Shown in pieces: positions 47,121 through 56,062 of a DNA stretch of 64,000 nucleotides (position 1 is its first letter; the number at the start of each line of letters is the position of its first letter). The stretch spans positions 1,504,001 to 1,568,000 of the forward strand of contig OZ241877.1 of NCBI GenBank assembly GCA_965203095.1, read 5' to 3'. The notes below the pieces were generated by a model. The model saw nothing but the letters and a program-made list of their open reading frames with translations, made no database searches and was not told the DNA's origin. This DNA is from Bdellovibrionales bacterium (lineage in GTDB: Bacteria; Bdellovibrionota; Bdellovibrionia; Bdellovibrionales; UBA1609). The position numbers were made by a program, and so were the translations under genes.

Positions 47121-47251
47121 ATCCAAAAAATCAGTTATTTAAAAAACAAAAAATCACTATTGAAGGTTTTTTTAAGACTATGCTAAATAAACTAATGACC
47201 GGAAAAATCCGAGTCCATAAACTGGGTATGAATACAAAACCTATGGAATAA
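47117..47251 (+). pseudogene. Orphan C-terminal fragment of a type I HsdS-like subunit (44 aa)
   Basis: MNPKNQLFKKQKITIEGFFKTMLNKLMTGKIRVHKL...; LMTGKIRV is the typical HsdS C-terminus. Confidence 0.55.
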
Positions 47252-47257
47252 TAAAAA

Positions 47258-49081
47258 ATGGAACAAGCTATACTTAAAGAATTATATAATATTTTAGATC
47301 AATACAAGAAGCCGAGTTTCTTAATAGAAAGAAAAATCCATAGATGCATAGAAAGCTTTATCAAAGAAAAATTTAAAGACAGTAAATTATCGGCAAATTC
47401 TCCATTAAACTATGAAACAAGAGCTTTTGCTTTTGGGGAAAGGGATAATTGCCCGGAGGAATGGGGAAATGTATCATATAGCCCGCTCATAGGGAATATA
47501 GATCCTATTACAAAAAAATATCAAACATCTTATCCAGGCATAAGTCAAATTACTCCTGAAGTATTAAATTATTGGGAAGAACGATCTTCTGAAGTAAGCA
47601 ATCCTATTTTACAATGTCGTTATGCCGGGCTTGTATGGGATTTTTCGCCAAAAATAAGAGGTAAAAAAGCAGATATATTTATAGCTTATAAGTTTATTGA
47701 TTCCATAATCAAAATGGCTGAGCTTGGAGGAGATAGGTTTTTAAAATATAAACTGGAAAGGGCTTTAAGGCTTGCTGTTTCCATCAACAACAGGGACAGA
47801 ATTTCATCTCTAAAAGACACTATTATAAACTATGAGGACACTCACTCTGAAGATAATAAGTCAGGAACATGGGGTTATTCTTTTGACTTATTGATCGGTG
47901 ATAAAGATTTATATAAAAAAATTGAATTAAAAAAAGAGCAAGAAAATAAAATCATAAAAAATCTTGAAAAAAGGCTGACATTGCTTTCTGACAAAGATTC
48001 GGATGTTTTTAGCCCGTATAATGTTGAACATATTATTTCAAAACTGGTTCCTTATTATAATAATAGAAATGATAAGAAAAATATGAAAAGGGTTTTATTG
48101 ATATATCGGGATTCTTTTTTATCTATTCTTGAAAAAGGAATTGGAATACCAGGAAGCGTTTGGCTGGAAAAAGTCAGAAAAATTTTATTTCAATATGGTT
48201 TATCTCAAGAGGCAAAAGATATAGAAGAAAATCTAAGAAAAGCCCAAAAAGAAGATTTAAAACTTCTTAAAAAACATAAAATTCCTATTAACATCCCAGG
48301 AGAAAAAGTTGATGATTATATTAAAGGGCTTGATGAGCAAACCCTCTTTGAAGCATTGAATACAATAGCTATATCTTTTATCCCTGACAAAGATCAAAGT
48401 AAAGAGATAGTTCATGAAATTGCTCAGAAACATCCTCTCCAATTTATAATATCATCAAGCAATATTATGGATCATACTGGGAGAAAAGTTGCTGAAGTTG
48501 GACCTTTACAAGAGGATTTAGACGGTCGCATTATTTATCAAATGAAACAATCACTTCTATTAACTTGTTATATGATTGAATTGGGCTTAAATCACCTTGA
48601 GAAGACAAAACTTCTTAATGCGGACACACTTGCAAAGCATTTATTTGAGTCGCCATTTTTTTTAAAAGAGCAGTATCAAATAATAAAAGAAGGTTTGATT
48701 GCTTATTTCAATAAGAATTATATTGCAAGTTGCTCTGTGCTGATTCCTCAAGTTGAATCCGTCATTAGAGAAATTATGGTTGTTGCTGGAGGGGTGATAT
48801 ATCAACCCTCAAGATCATCAAATGAAAAAGGATTAAATTTAAGACCTTTAGGTTCTTTGTTGAGAGATGAGGTATTTATTAACATTTTTGAAGAATTTAA
48901 TAAAAATATTCCTATTTATTTTCAGATTCTTTTAATTGATCCAATAGGTTTTAATTTTAGAAACAATATTTGTCATGGTCATTTTCCTGCTGATCATTTT
49001 AATAAAACCGTTGCAAATTATATTATTCACATATTATTGATTTTGTCCATATTCAAAAAAAGCGAAGAGAAAAAAGCTTAA
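47258..49081 (+). CDS. DUF4209-like protein with C-terminal HEPN-type motif
   Basis: 'LIPQVESVIR', 'LIDPIGFNFRNNICHG' (RxxxxH). Confidence 0.7.
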   Translation: MEQAILKELYNILDQYKKPSFLIERKIHRCIESFIKEKFKDSKLSANSPLNYETRAFAFGERDNCPEEWGNVSYSPLIGNIDPITKKYQTSYPGISQITPEVLNYWEERSSEVSNPILQCRYAGLVWDFSPKIRGKKADIFIAYKFIDSIIKMAELGGDRFLKYKLERALRLAVSINNRDRISSLKDTIINYEDTHSEDNKSGTWGYSFDLLIGDKDLYKKIELKKEQENKIIKNLEKRLTLLSDKDSDVFSPYNVEHIISKLVPYYNNRNDKKNMKRVLLIYRDSFLSILEKGIGIPGSVWLEKVRKILFQYGLSQEAKDIEENLRKAQKEDLKLLKKHKIPINIPGEKVDDYIKGLDEQTLFEALNTIAISFIPDKDQSKEIVHEIAQKHPLQFIISSSNIMDHTGRKVAEVGPLQEDLDGRIIYQMKQSLLLTCYMIELGLNHLEKTKLLNADTLAKHLFESPFFLKEQYQIIKEGLIAYFNKNYIASCSVLIPQVESVIREIMVVAGGVIYQPSRSSNEKGLNLRPLGSLLRDEVFINIFEEFNKNIPIYFQILLIDPIGFNFRNNICHGHFPADHFNKTVANYIIHILLILSIFKKSEEKKA

Positions 49082-49154
49082 GGATAATTTTTGTTTGTGA
49101 ATTAATAAGTTTGTTTGGGTTTTTATCTTTTTGTTAAAGAAGGAGGTTTAGGGA

Positions 49155-50006
49155 ATGAATGATTTTAGGAAAAGTGATTTTGATAAAATTATGGAATTAT
49201 ATAAAAGCTGGCGAGATTGTGAACCTTTGCCGGAGGAAAACCATAGGGCTTTATGGCAATGGATCCGTATGCGGTTTAATCATCTGTCCAATAAGTTTGA
49301 GGGCAATACTCTCACTTATAGCGAAACTCAACTGCTTTTAATTCATGGGCGGGCTTCCGGTGATCATGAACTGAGGGAATATGAAGAGATGAAAGCTCAT
49401 GACCTGGCCTTTGAGTATATTCGCAAATTGGCTAAAGAGGCCAGGCTTATTGGTGAAGGGGATATTAGAGACCTCAATAAAATTTGCCTTAAAGAAACTT
49501 TTTATAAAGTGACTAAAACTCCAACTGGTGAGCTGAGTAGAAAAAAAATCATTCCGGGAAAATATAAAACTCAGCCCAACCATGTTTTAACAAAAACAGG
49601 GCAGATTTTTCAGTTTGCCTTGCCGGAGGAAACTCCTGCTCTTATGGCAGATTTGTCTATAAGGATTCAAAACTGGTTAAAGCAAAGCACAGAGGACAAA
49701 CATAAAAATCTTGTCTCTTTTTTAGCAGATCTTCATAAAAGGTTTATCCTTATTCATCCTTTTGATGATGGCAATGGGCGGGTGGTTCGTCTTCTTCTGA
49801 ATTATATCCTTATCCGCTTAGATTTTTTGCCTATGGTTTTAGACAATCGGGAGGAATATATTAAGTCCATTCAGTTTGCAGATACTGGCGATATAAGTAA
49901 GCTTGAAAAATTATTTGCTGACAATATAAGCCTTATGCTTGAAAGAGGCATTTATGCGAAAAACAACAAGCTGGATTTGTCTACATTCCCATTTTCAAAG
50001 GATTGA
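49155..50006 (+). CDS. Fic-domain protein (AMPylase family)
   Basis: HPFDDGNGRVVR catalytic motif; SNKFEGNTLT; AAGGAGG RBS. Confidence 0.92.
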   Translation: MNDFRKSDFDKIMELYKSWRDCEPLPEENHRALWQWIRMRFNHLSNKFEGNTLTYSETQLLLIHGRASGDHELREYEEMKAHDLAFEYIRKLAKEARLIGEGDIRDLNKICLKETFYKVTKTPTGELSRKKIIPGKYKTQPNHVLTKTGQIFQFALPEETPALMADLSIRIQNWLKQSTEDKHKNLVSFLADLHKRFILIHPFDDGNGRVVRLLLNYILIRLDFLPMVLDNREEYIKSIQFADTGDISKLEKLFADNISLMLERGIYAKNNKLDLSTFPFSKD

Positions 50007-50169
50007 GGTTTGCCGAGGGCAAGCCAAAAGCTTTGAGGGATCAAAAAACTTATCTAATAACAAATGGATAAGCCCAGGGCTTTAATTTTGTTAAGGTGAG
50101 ATTTTTTTGGATTTTGGTTTGCATGAAAAGGGCGGGGAGTATATAAAGAGGAAAAATGCAGGAGGCACT

Positions 50170-51298
50170 ATGCCTTTGGAATCAGAATTTATGGAGATAA
50201 AAGAGAGCTTGCTGAGGCTCAACCAAAAAGCGGGAGAGCTGAGGAGGTGTCTTTGACTTAGACGGTCAACAGGAAAAGCTATTGAGCATTAACAAGCAAA
50301 TAGAAAAGCCTCATATTTGGAAAGATTTAGAAAAAGCCCGTTCTCTTCAAAAGGAAAAATCTCATATTGAAAAAAGCTTAAGGGAATGGAAGCAGTTAGA
50401 AACCCGCTTGCAAGATAGCACCTTACTTTGTCAGTTAGCTAAAGATGAAAAAGATGAAAAAGCTTTTGCTCAAGTTAAAGAGGATGTAAAAACCATTTCC
50501 CTTAGTTTGAAGGAAAAGGAGATCCAAAGCCTGTTAAGTGAAGAAAGCGATATCAATGATTCTTATCTCTCTATTCACGCGGGAGCTGGAGGGACAGAGG
50601 CCGCAGATTGGGCACAAATTCTTTATAGAATGTATCTTCGCTGGGCGGAAAAGCAAAACTTCCAGCAAGAGCTTCTATCTTTGCATGAGGGGGAAGAGGC
50701 GGGCCTCAAATCGGTTTCTTTTTTAGTGAAAGGTTTTTATAGTTATGGCCTACTGAAGGGGGAATCCGGCGTGCACCGTTTAGTCCGCATTTCTCCTTTT
50801 GACTCCAATGCCAGAAGGCACACCAGCTTTGCCTCTGTTTTTGCCTGGCCATCGGTGGATCAAAAAATAGATCTAAAAATTAAACTCGATGACTTAAAAA
50901 TAGATACTTATCGCTCCAGAGGGGCAGGAGGGCAACATGTCAACACCACAGATTCTGCTGTTCGGATAAAACATCTTCCCACAGGCATAACTGTTCAATG
51001 CCAAAACCAAAGAAGCCAGCATGCCAACAAAGACAAAGCTATGAAAATGCTCTCCTCCGCCCTTTACAAAAAAGAGTTGGAAAGGCAGAAGAGAGAAAAA
51101 GGCCAGAGGGAATCTTCTAAAAAAGCTAATGAATGGGGCAGTCAGATTCGATCTTATGTTTTGCATCCCTATCAGATGGTGAAGGATCACAGAACAGGCT
51201 TAGAGTTGGCCCGCCCTCAAGAAGTTTTAGATGGCCATATTCAGCCTTTTATAGAGTCTTTTTTGCAGTATTCTCTTCCCGACAGGGCGAGGGGCTAA
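50170..51298 (+). CDS. prfB: Peptide chain release factor 2 with programmed +1 frameshift
   Basis: ATG at 50170, then AGGAGG-TGT-CTT-TGA-C at 50242-50257; +1 frame contains SPF and GGQ motifs. Confidence 0.96.
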
Positions 51299-51308
51299 GG
51301 GGTTTTTA

Positions 51309-52502
51309 ATGAGTTTTTACTGGCTTTGGTTGAAGAGGGTTTTGTTTTCCCGCAAAACGGTCTTTCAATTTCATTTTTTATTTAGTTTATTGGCTTTAAT
51401 CTTGTCCATAGCCTCTCTCACTGTGGCCATTATGGCTGTAAATAGTTTTTCTTCTGGTTTGGAAAAAACCCTCATCGATAAACAAGGCCATCTTCGTCTT
51501 CAAACTCAGACTCCTGTCTCAAGTGGAAAACTTCAGCAAGATCTATTGCCTTACCAAGATTTTTTAGTTCATCAAGCTCTGCTTTTGTCTTTTGAGGCTT
51601 TAATTTTGAAAGATGGCCAATTTAAAGGTGTTTTTTTTGAGGCCATTCAAGATGACAAACTAAGGCAAAGTTCTTTTTTAAAAAATAGAATAGTGAAAGG
51701 AGATTTAAAATCTGCAAAGCCTTTTATAATTGTAGGCTTAAGTTTAGCTGAAGAGCTGGATCTATCTCCCGGAGATAAGGCCACAGTGATTGTTCCTCAG
51801 CCAGAGGAGGGCCGATTTTCCCGCCGGCCCGCTCATTTTAAAGTGGGGGCTTTAGTGGATTTTGGCCAATACTCATTCAATTCCTCTTTGGCTATTATGC
51901 CACTATCTTTTACAAAGATTTTTGGGCAAGACTATGTCTCCGGTGCGGGCTTATGGCTTAAAAAAAAGGCTCAGGTCTCTTTTTTAAAGCAAAAAATGGA
52001 AGATGAAATGGAGGATATTTATAGCATCAGCTCATGGAAAGATATGGACAGAGCTTTTTTTGAGGTGATCGAGTCCGATAAGAAGATTATTTTTCTTGTC
52101 TTACTGATTTTAATTATCTCTTCGGGGTTTAATATCTCCAGCTCTCTTTTTATTCAGGTTTTTAAAAAAACAAAAGAGATCAGTATTTTAAAAGCTATGG
52201 GGGCTAAAAAAGGCTTAGTGAGAAATCTTTTTCTTTTACAGGGATTGTTTTTGGCCCTTGTAGGCTCAGTTATCGGCGTTTTGATTGGTCTTTTATTATG
52301 TCGTTTTTTAATTTTTGCTCAAAATCAATGGCATTTTATTCCTGTTAGTGTGTATAAAGTTAATGAGTTGGCTTGGGCTACTGACCCATCTGATCTTTTA
52401 CTGATTTTTGTTGCCAGCTGGATTATTGTGATTTTATCTTCTCTTCTACCAGCTAAAAGGGCTTATCAGATGAATGTTCAAGCTGGCCTCGCAAATGATT
52501 GA
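51309..52502 (+). CDS. lolE: Lipoprotein-releasing ABC transporter permease (LolC/E)
   Basis: MacB/FtsX topology, 'KTKEISILKAMGA', 'LPAKRA'; precedes lolD and bamA. Confidence 0.85.
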   Translation: MSFYWLWLKRVLFSRKTVFQFHFLFSLLALILSIASLTVAIMAVNSFSSGLEKTLIDKQGHLRLQTQTPVSSGKLQQDLLPYQDFLVHQALLLSFEALILKDGQFKGVFFEAIQDDKLRQSSFLKNRIVKGDLKSAKPFIIVGLSLAEELDLSPGDKATVIVPQPEEGRFSRRPAHFKVGALVDFGQYSFNSSLAIMPLSFTKIFGQDYVSGAGLWLKKKAQVSFLKQKMEDEMEDIYSISSWKDMDRAFFEVIESDKKIIFLVLLILIISSGFNISSSLFIQVFKKTKEISILKAMGAKKGLVRNLFLLQGLFLALVGSVIGVLIGLLLCRFLIFAQNQWHFIPVSVYKVNELAWATDPSDLLLIFVASWIIVILSSLLPAKRAYQMNVQAGLAND

Positions 52503-52514
52503 TGAAGGGTGACA

Positions 52515-53192
52515 ATGAGCGAAGATCTGGTTTATGAAATAAAAAACCTGTCAAAAACTTATCAAACAGGTTCTCAAACCCTGCATATTTTACGGGGTTT
52601 GAACCTCAATATTCAAAGAGGTTCTGCTTTTTGTGTGACAGGGCCTTCTGGTTCTGGCAAAAGCACCCTTTTAAATATTATGGGGGCTTTGGATCGCCCC
52701 ACATCCGGAAAAATTTTGTATTACAAAAGGGAGCTTAGCCAATGGACAGATGAGCAGTTGGCTTTTTTCCGGAGGGACAAAGTGGGATTTGTGTTTCAAT
52801 TCCACCACTTATTGAAGGAGTTTACCGTTTTGGAAAACATTGCCCTTCCCGGCCTTATCGCTAAACAGCCCAAAAAGACTTGTCAGGAAAGAGCTGGTTT
52901 TTTAGCTGAAAGCCTGGGCCTAAAAGAGAGGTTATCCCATTATCCCTCACAACTCAGTGGGGGAGAGCGAGGGAGAACAGCCGTTGCACGAGCCTTAATG
53001 AATGAGCCAGAGATCATTTTAGCCGATGAGCCTGTGGGCAATTTAGACAAAAAAAACAGCTCAATTATTAGAGATCTGTTTTTCGAATTGCATGAAAAAT
53101 TCCAGCTCACTTTAATTGCTGTAAGCCATTCCTCTGTTTTTGCCTCTGCCTTTCCCAAAGTGGGGAGGCTGGAAGACGGGAAAATTACATAA
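52515..53192 (+). CDS. lolD: Lipoprotein-releasing ABC transporter ATPase
   Basis: GPSGSGKST, GFVFQFHHLL, LSGGE, ILADEP. Confidence 0.9.
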   Translation: MSEDLVYEIKNLSKTYQTGSQTLHILRGLNLNIQRGSAFCVTGPSGSGKSTLLNIMGALDRPTSGKILYYKRELSQWTDEQLAFFRRDKVGFVFQFHHLLKEFTVLENIALPGLIAKQPKKTCQERAGFLAESLGLKERLSHYPSQLSGGERGRTAVARALMNEPEIILADEPVGNLDKKNSSIIRDLFFELHEKFQLTLIAVSHSSVFASAFPKVGRLEDGKIT

Positions 53193-53231
53193 AATTTCAC
53201 TTAGGCCAATAAAATCCAAAAAGCTTGAAAA

Positions 53232-56006
53232 GTGAGACAAAATGAGTATAAGACTGGCGGTTTGCGGGAAACAGCGGAGGCCCTTTTGACGAAAAATAAA
53301 AAATCCACCTTAAGCCTTACATTTAATAGAGTGGGCTTGGTTCTTTTTTCGGCCCTTATGTGGCCTTCTTTGTCATATTCTTCAAAAGTTTATCGTATTT
53401 CCATCCAAGGGAATAAAATTATAGAAAAAGGCTTGATTCAATCTCATATCCGCTTAAAGGAGGCTCACTCTTACAATTCTGCTGTGATTCAAAAAGATGT
53501 CCGCCGGCTTTTTGCTTTGGGTTTTTTTGATGATATTGAAGTTCATCGTTTTTACAGTAAAAAAGGCTGGAAAGTGCTTTATCGTGTGAAAGAGTCTGTT
53601 CCTGTCTCCGTTGTGGAGTTTGAGGGGAATGACAGCCTAAAAACAGAAGACTTAAAAGAGCTTTTGCTTATTGAGGAAAACAGTTTTTTAAATTTTGACC
53701 GTTTAAAAAAAACAATCTCAGCCATAAAGGAGAAGTATAGGGAAAAAGGTTATTACTTGGCAGAGGTATCTTACAAAACAAAAAAACAACCTGAAGATAA
53801 AAATCCCCGATTAATCATTAGCATAAAGGAAAACACAAAACTTCTTATCAGGGAAATTCATTTTATTGGGAATCGGAACATTTCTTCTGAAAAACTAAAA
53901 TCTATTTTGTTAACTAAGGAAAAAGATATTTTAAGTTTTTTAAGCTCTTCTGGGATCTTTCAACCCCGGCATATAGAAAGGGATTTGCGGTTTATTGAAT
54001 ATTATTATCGTGATAAGGGCTATTTGAATGCTCGTGCTCATCCCCCGGAGATCACTATCACTCCAGATCAAAAATTTTTACAAATTTATTTTCCTGTTTC
54101 TGAAGGGGCCCGGTTTAAAGTGGGTCAAGTTGTTTTTCGTGGAGATGAAGTGGTTTTAGCTGATCAGGTAAAGGATCTTTTTGAAAGCCAAGAAGATGAA
54201 TATTTTTCCCTTAGCCACTTGCAAAAAGACATTCAGACAGTTTCCCTTTTATATAAAAATAAGGGTTATGCTTTAGCTGAAGTGCATCCCCAGTTTTTTC
54301 CCGATCCTACAGAGGAGAATAAAGTCCACATTTTGTTTAAAGTAAAAAAAGGTTCTATTTACAAATTAGGAAGAGTTCACTTGTTGGGGAATAAAAACGC
54401 GAGGGATAAAGTGATTTTGCGTCGTCTTCGCCTTCAAGAGGGCCAAATTTACAATGAGAGCCGGAAAGAGCTGAGTCGCCAGCTGATTCAACAGTTAGGC
54501 TATTTTGAGAATGTGGAGATCCAGCCCCGTCCTTCGCAAGAGAACGAAGATGAATTGGATCTCATCGTTCGTGTTAAAGAGAGGGAAAATACTGGAGAGG
54601 CCCATTTTGCTGGAGGTTATAGGGGGGAGACTCGTTTGTTTATCCAAGGAGGACTTAAAAAACAAAACTTTTTAGGTTTGGATCAGAGTATAGCTGGCAA
54701 TGTTATTTTTAATAAATATCAGGAGTTTTTTAATTTTAACTATCAAAGCCCTTATTTTTTGGATACCAACTGGAATTTTGCCTTTGATATTTTTAACATG
54801 AGCCACAGTGTATGGAATCAATCTCGCTCCGGCACCTTCCCTTTTTTCGGCTCTTCACAGGATTATTTTTCTTATTTTCAGCTGAACACCGGCTTTTCTA
54901 TATCCTTAGGTCGTCATCTAACGGATTTTTCCACCTTGTTTTTAAAATACAGCTTGCAAAATCAAATCCTTAGAGACCGGCCCATTTATTTTTTAAGAAA
55001 TCTTCCGGTGCTGTCCTCTGTATTTAGTTTTTTGTTTGGTGACAAGGATACGGGGCAAACAAGCACTGTCTTTAGTGATATTTACAATTTGGATTCAGCC
55101 AGTGGTTTAAACAGCTCTTTGTCCCTTATATGGGAGTATGACGGGAGAGATGATCGCTACTATGCCTCTAAGGGGATCTTCTCCCGCCTGTCAGCTAACT
55201 GGTCGGGTTTGGGTGGGGATTTTAATTACACTAAACTACAGTTAAATTTTCGTCATTATTACTCTCCTTTTTGGAAGTTAGTTATAAAAAACCGTTGGCT
55301 TTTAGGATGGGTGTTCTCTAACGACAATCGCCCCCCTCCTTTTACAGAGCTTTTTTTAATGGGAGGCTCTTATGATTTAAGAGGTTTTCCCATAAACTCT
55401 CAAGGCCCGCGAAAACGATCTCAAAAGGCTTTTGAATATGCCGAATCACAAGAACAATTTATAGAGGCCAGCCAAAAACTTTTGCAAAATATTGAAAACC
55501 AAAAAGAAGAGTCTCAAAAGGCTCAAGTTATCCGAGTTTTTTTGCAAAATAATAAAGACCGGTCCCAGGCCGTCCAAAAAATTCAAGAAGAGATATCTTC
55601 TAAAGATCAAAAAATCGATTCGCAAACCATAAAAGATCTTCAAGAACATTTACAGGAGGTTGTAGACTCTGCCAACTTGCCAGAGGCTCAGTTATTAAAT
55701 AATAAAGAGCTTTTTGCCCAAAGGCCCTACGGAGGCCAGCAGATGTTGTTATATAGTTTAGAGCTTGAGTTTCCCATTTTAGAAAGAGCTGAGCTGAGAG
55801 GGGCTTTTTTTGTGGATATAGGGGAGGCTAATGATCGCTTAAGCTTTAATTTGGATGAGCAGTTGAGGATGAATGCTGGGGCTGGCATCCGTTGGAAATC
55901 TCCTTTTGGGCCTTTGAGTTTGGATTGGGCTTTCCCTTACCGCCCTCGGAAGGAATGGGGTGAAAGTGACTGGGAGTTTCAGTTCAATATGGGGGCAGAG
56001 CTTTAA
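53232..56006 (+). CDS. bamA: Outer-membrane protein assembly factor BamA
   Basis: Five POTRA-like domains, LRGF lid motif, C-terminal 'GIRWKSPFGPLSLDWA...FQFNMG'; true start uncertain. Confidence 0.93.
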   Translation: MRQNEYKTGGLRETAEALLTKNKKSTLSLTFNRVGLVLFSALMWPSLSYSSKVYRISIQGNKIIEKGLIQSHIRLKEAHSYNSAVIQKDVRRLFALGFFDDIEVHRFYSKKGWKVLYRVKESVPVSVVEFEGNDSLKTEDLKELLLIEENSFLNFDRLKKTISAIKEKYREKGYYLAEVSYKTKKQPEDKNPRLIISIKENTKLLIREIHFIGNRNISSEKLKSILLTKEKDILSFLSSSGIFQPRHIERDLRFIEYYYRDKGYLNARAHPPEITITPDQKFLQIYFPVSEGARFKVGQVVFRGDEVVLADQVKDLFESQEDEYFSLSHLQKDIQTVSLLYKNKGYALAEVHPQFFPDPTEENKVHILFKVKKGSIYKLGRVHLLGNKNARDKVILRRLRLQEGQIYNESRKELSRQLIQQLGYFENVEIQPRPSQENEDELDLIVRVKERENTGEAHFAGGYRGETRLFIQGGLKKQNFLGLDQSIAGNVIFNKYQEFFNFNYQSPYFLDTNWNFAFDIFNMSHSVWNQSRSGTFPFFGSSQDYFSYFQLNTGFSISLGRHLTDFSTLFLKYSLQNQILRDRPIYFLRNLPVLSSVFSFLFGDKDTGQTSTVFSDIYNLDSASGLNSSLSLIWEYDGRDDRYYASKGIFSRLSANWSGLGGDFNYTKLQLNFRHYYSPFWKLVIKNRWLLGWVFSNDNRPPPFTELFLMGGSYDLRGFPINSQGPRKRSQKAFEYAESQEQFIEASQKLLQNIENQKEESQKAQVIRVFLQNNKDRSQAVQKIQEEISSKDQKIDSQTIKDLQEHLQEVVDSANLPEAQLLNNKELFAQRPYGGQQMLLYSLELEFPILERAELRGAFFVDIGEANDRLSFNLDEQLRMNAGAGIRWKSPFGPLSLDWAFPYRPRKEWGESDWEFQFNMGAEL

Positions 56007-56062
56007 TTTCAGACTCCATAAAGTAGACTTTCTGGTTCCCACAAACCAAGTTATTCCTGTAA

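Larger units (their letters stand above)
34432..50010 (+). other. Defence-type genomic island between gspH and prfB
   Basis: All genes co-oriented; visibly more AT-rich; R-M, HEPN, MNT, Fic and NDT-like content; no integrase recognised. Confidence 0.7.
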
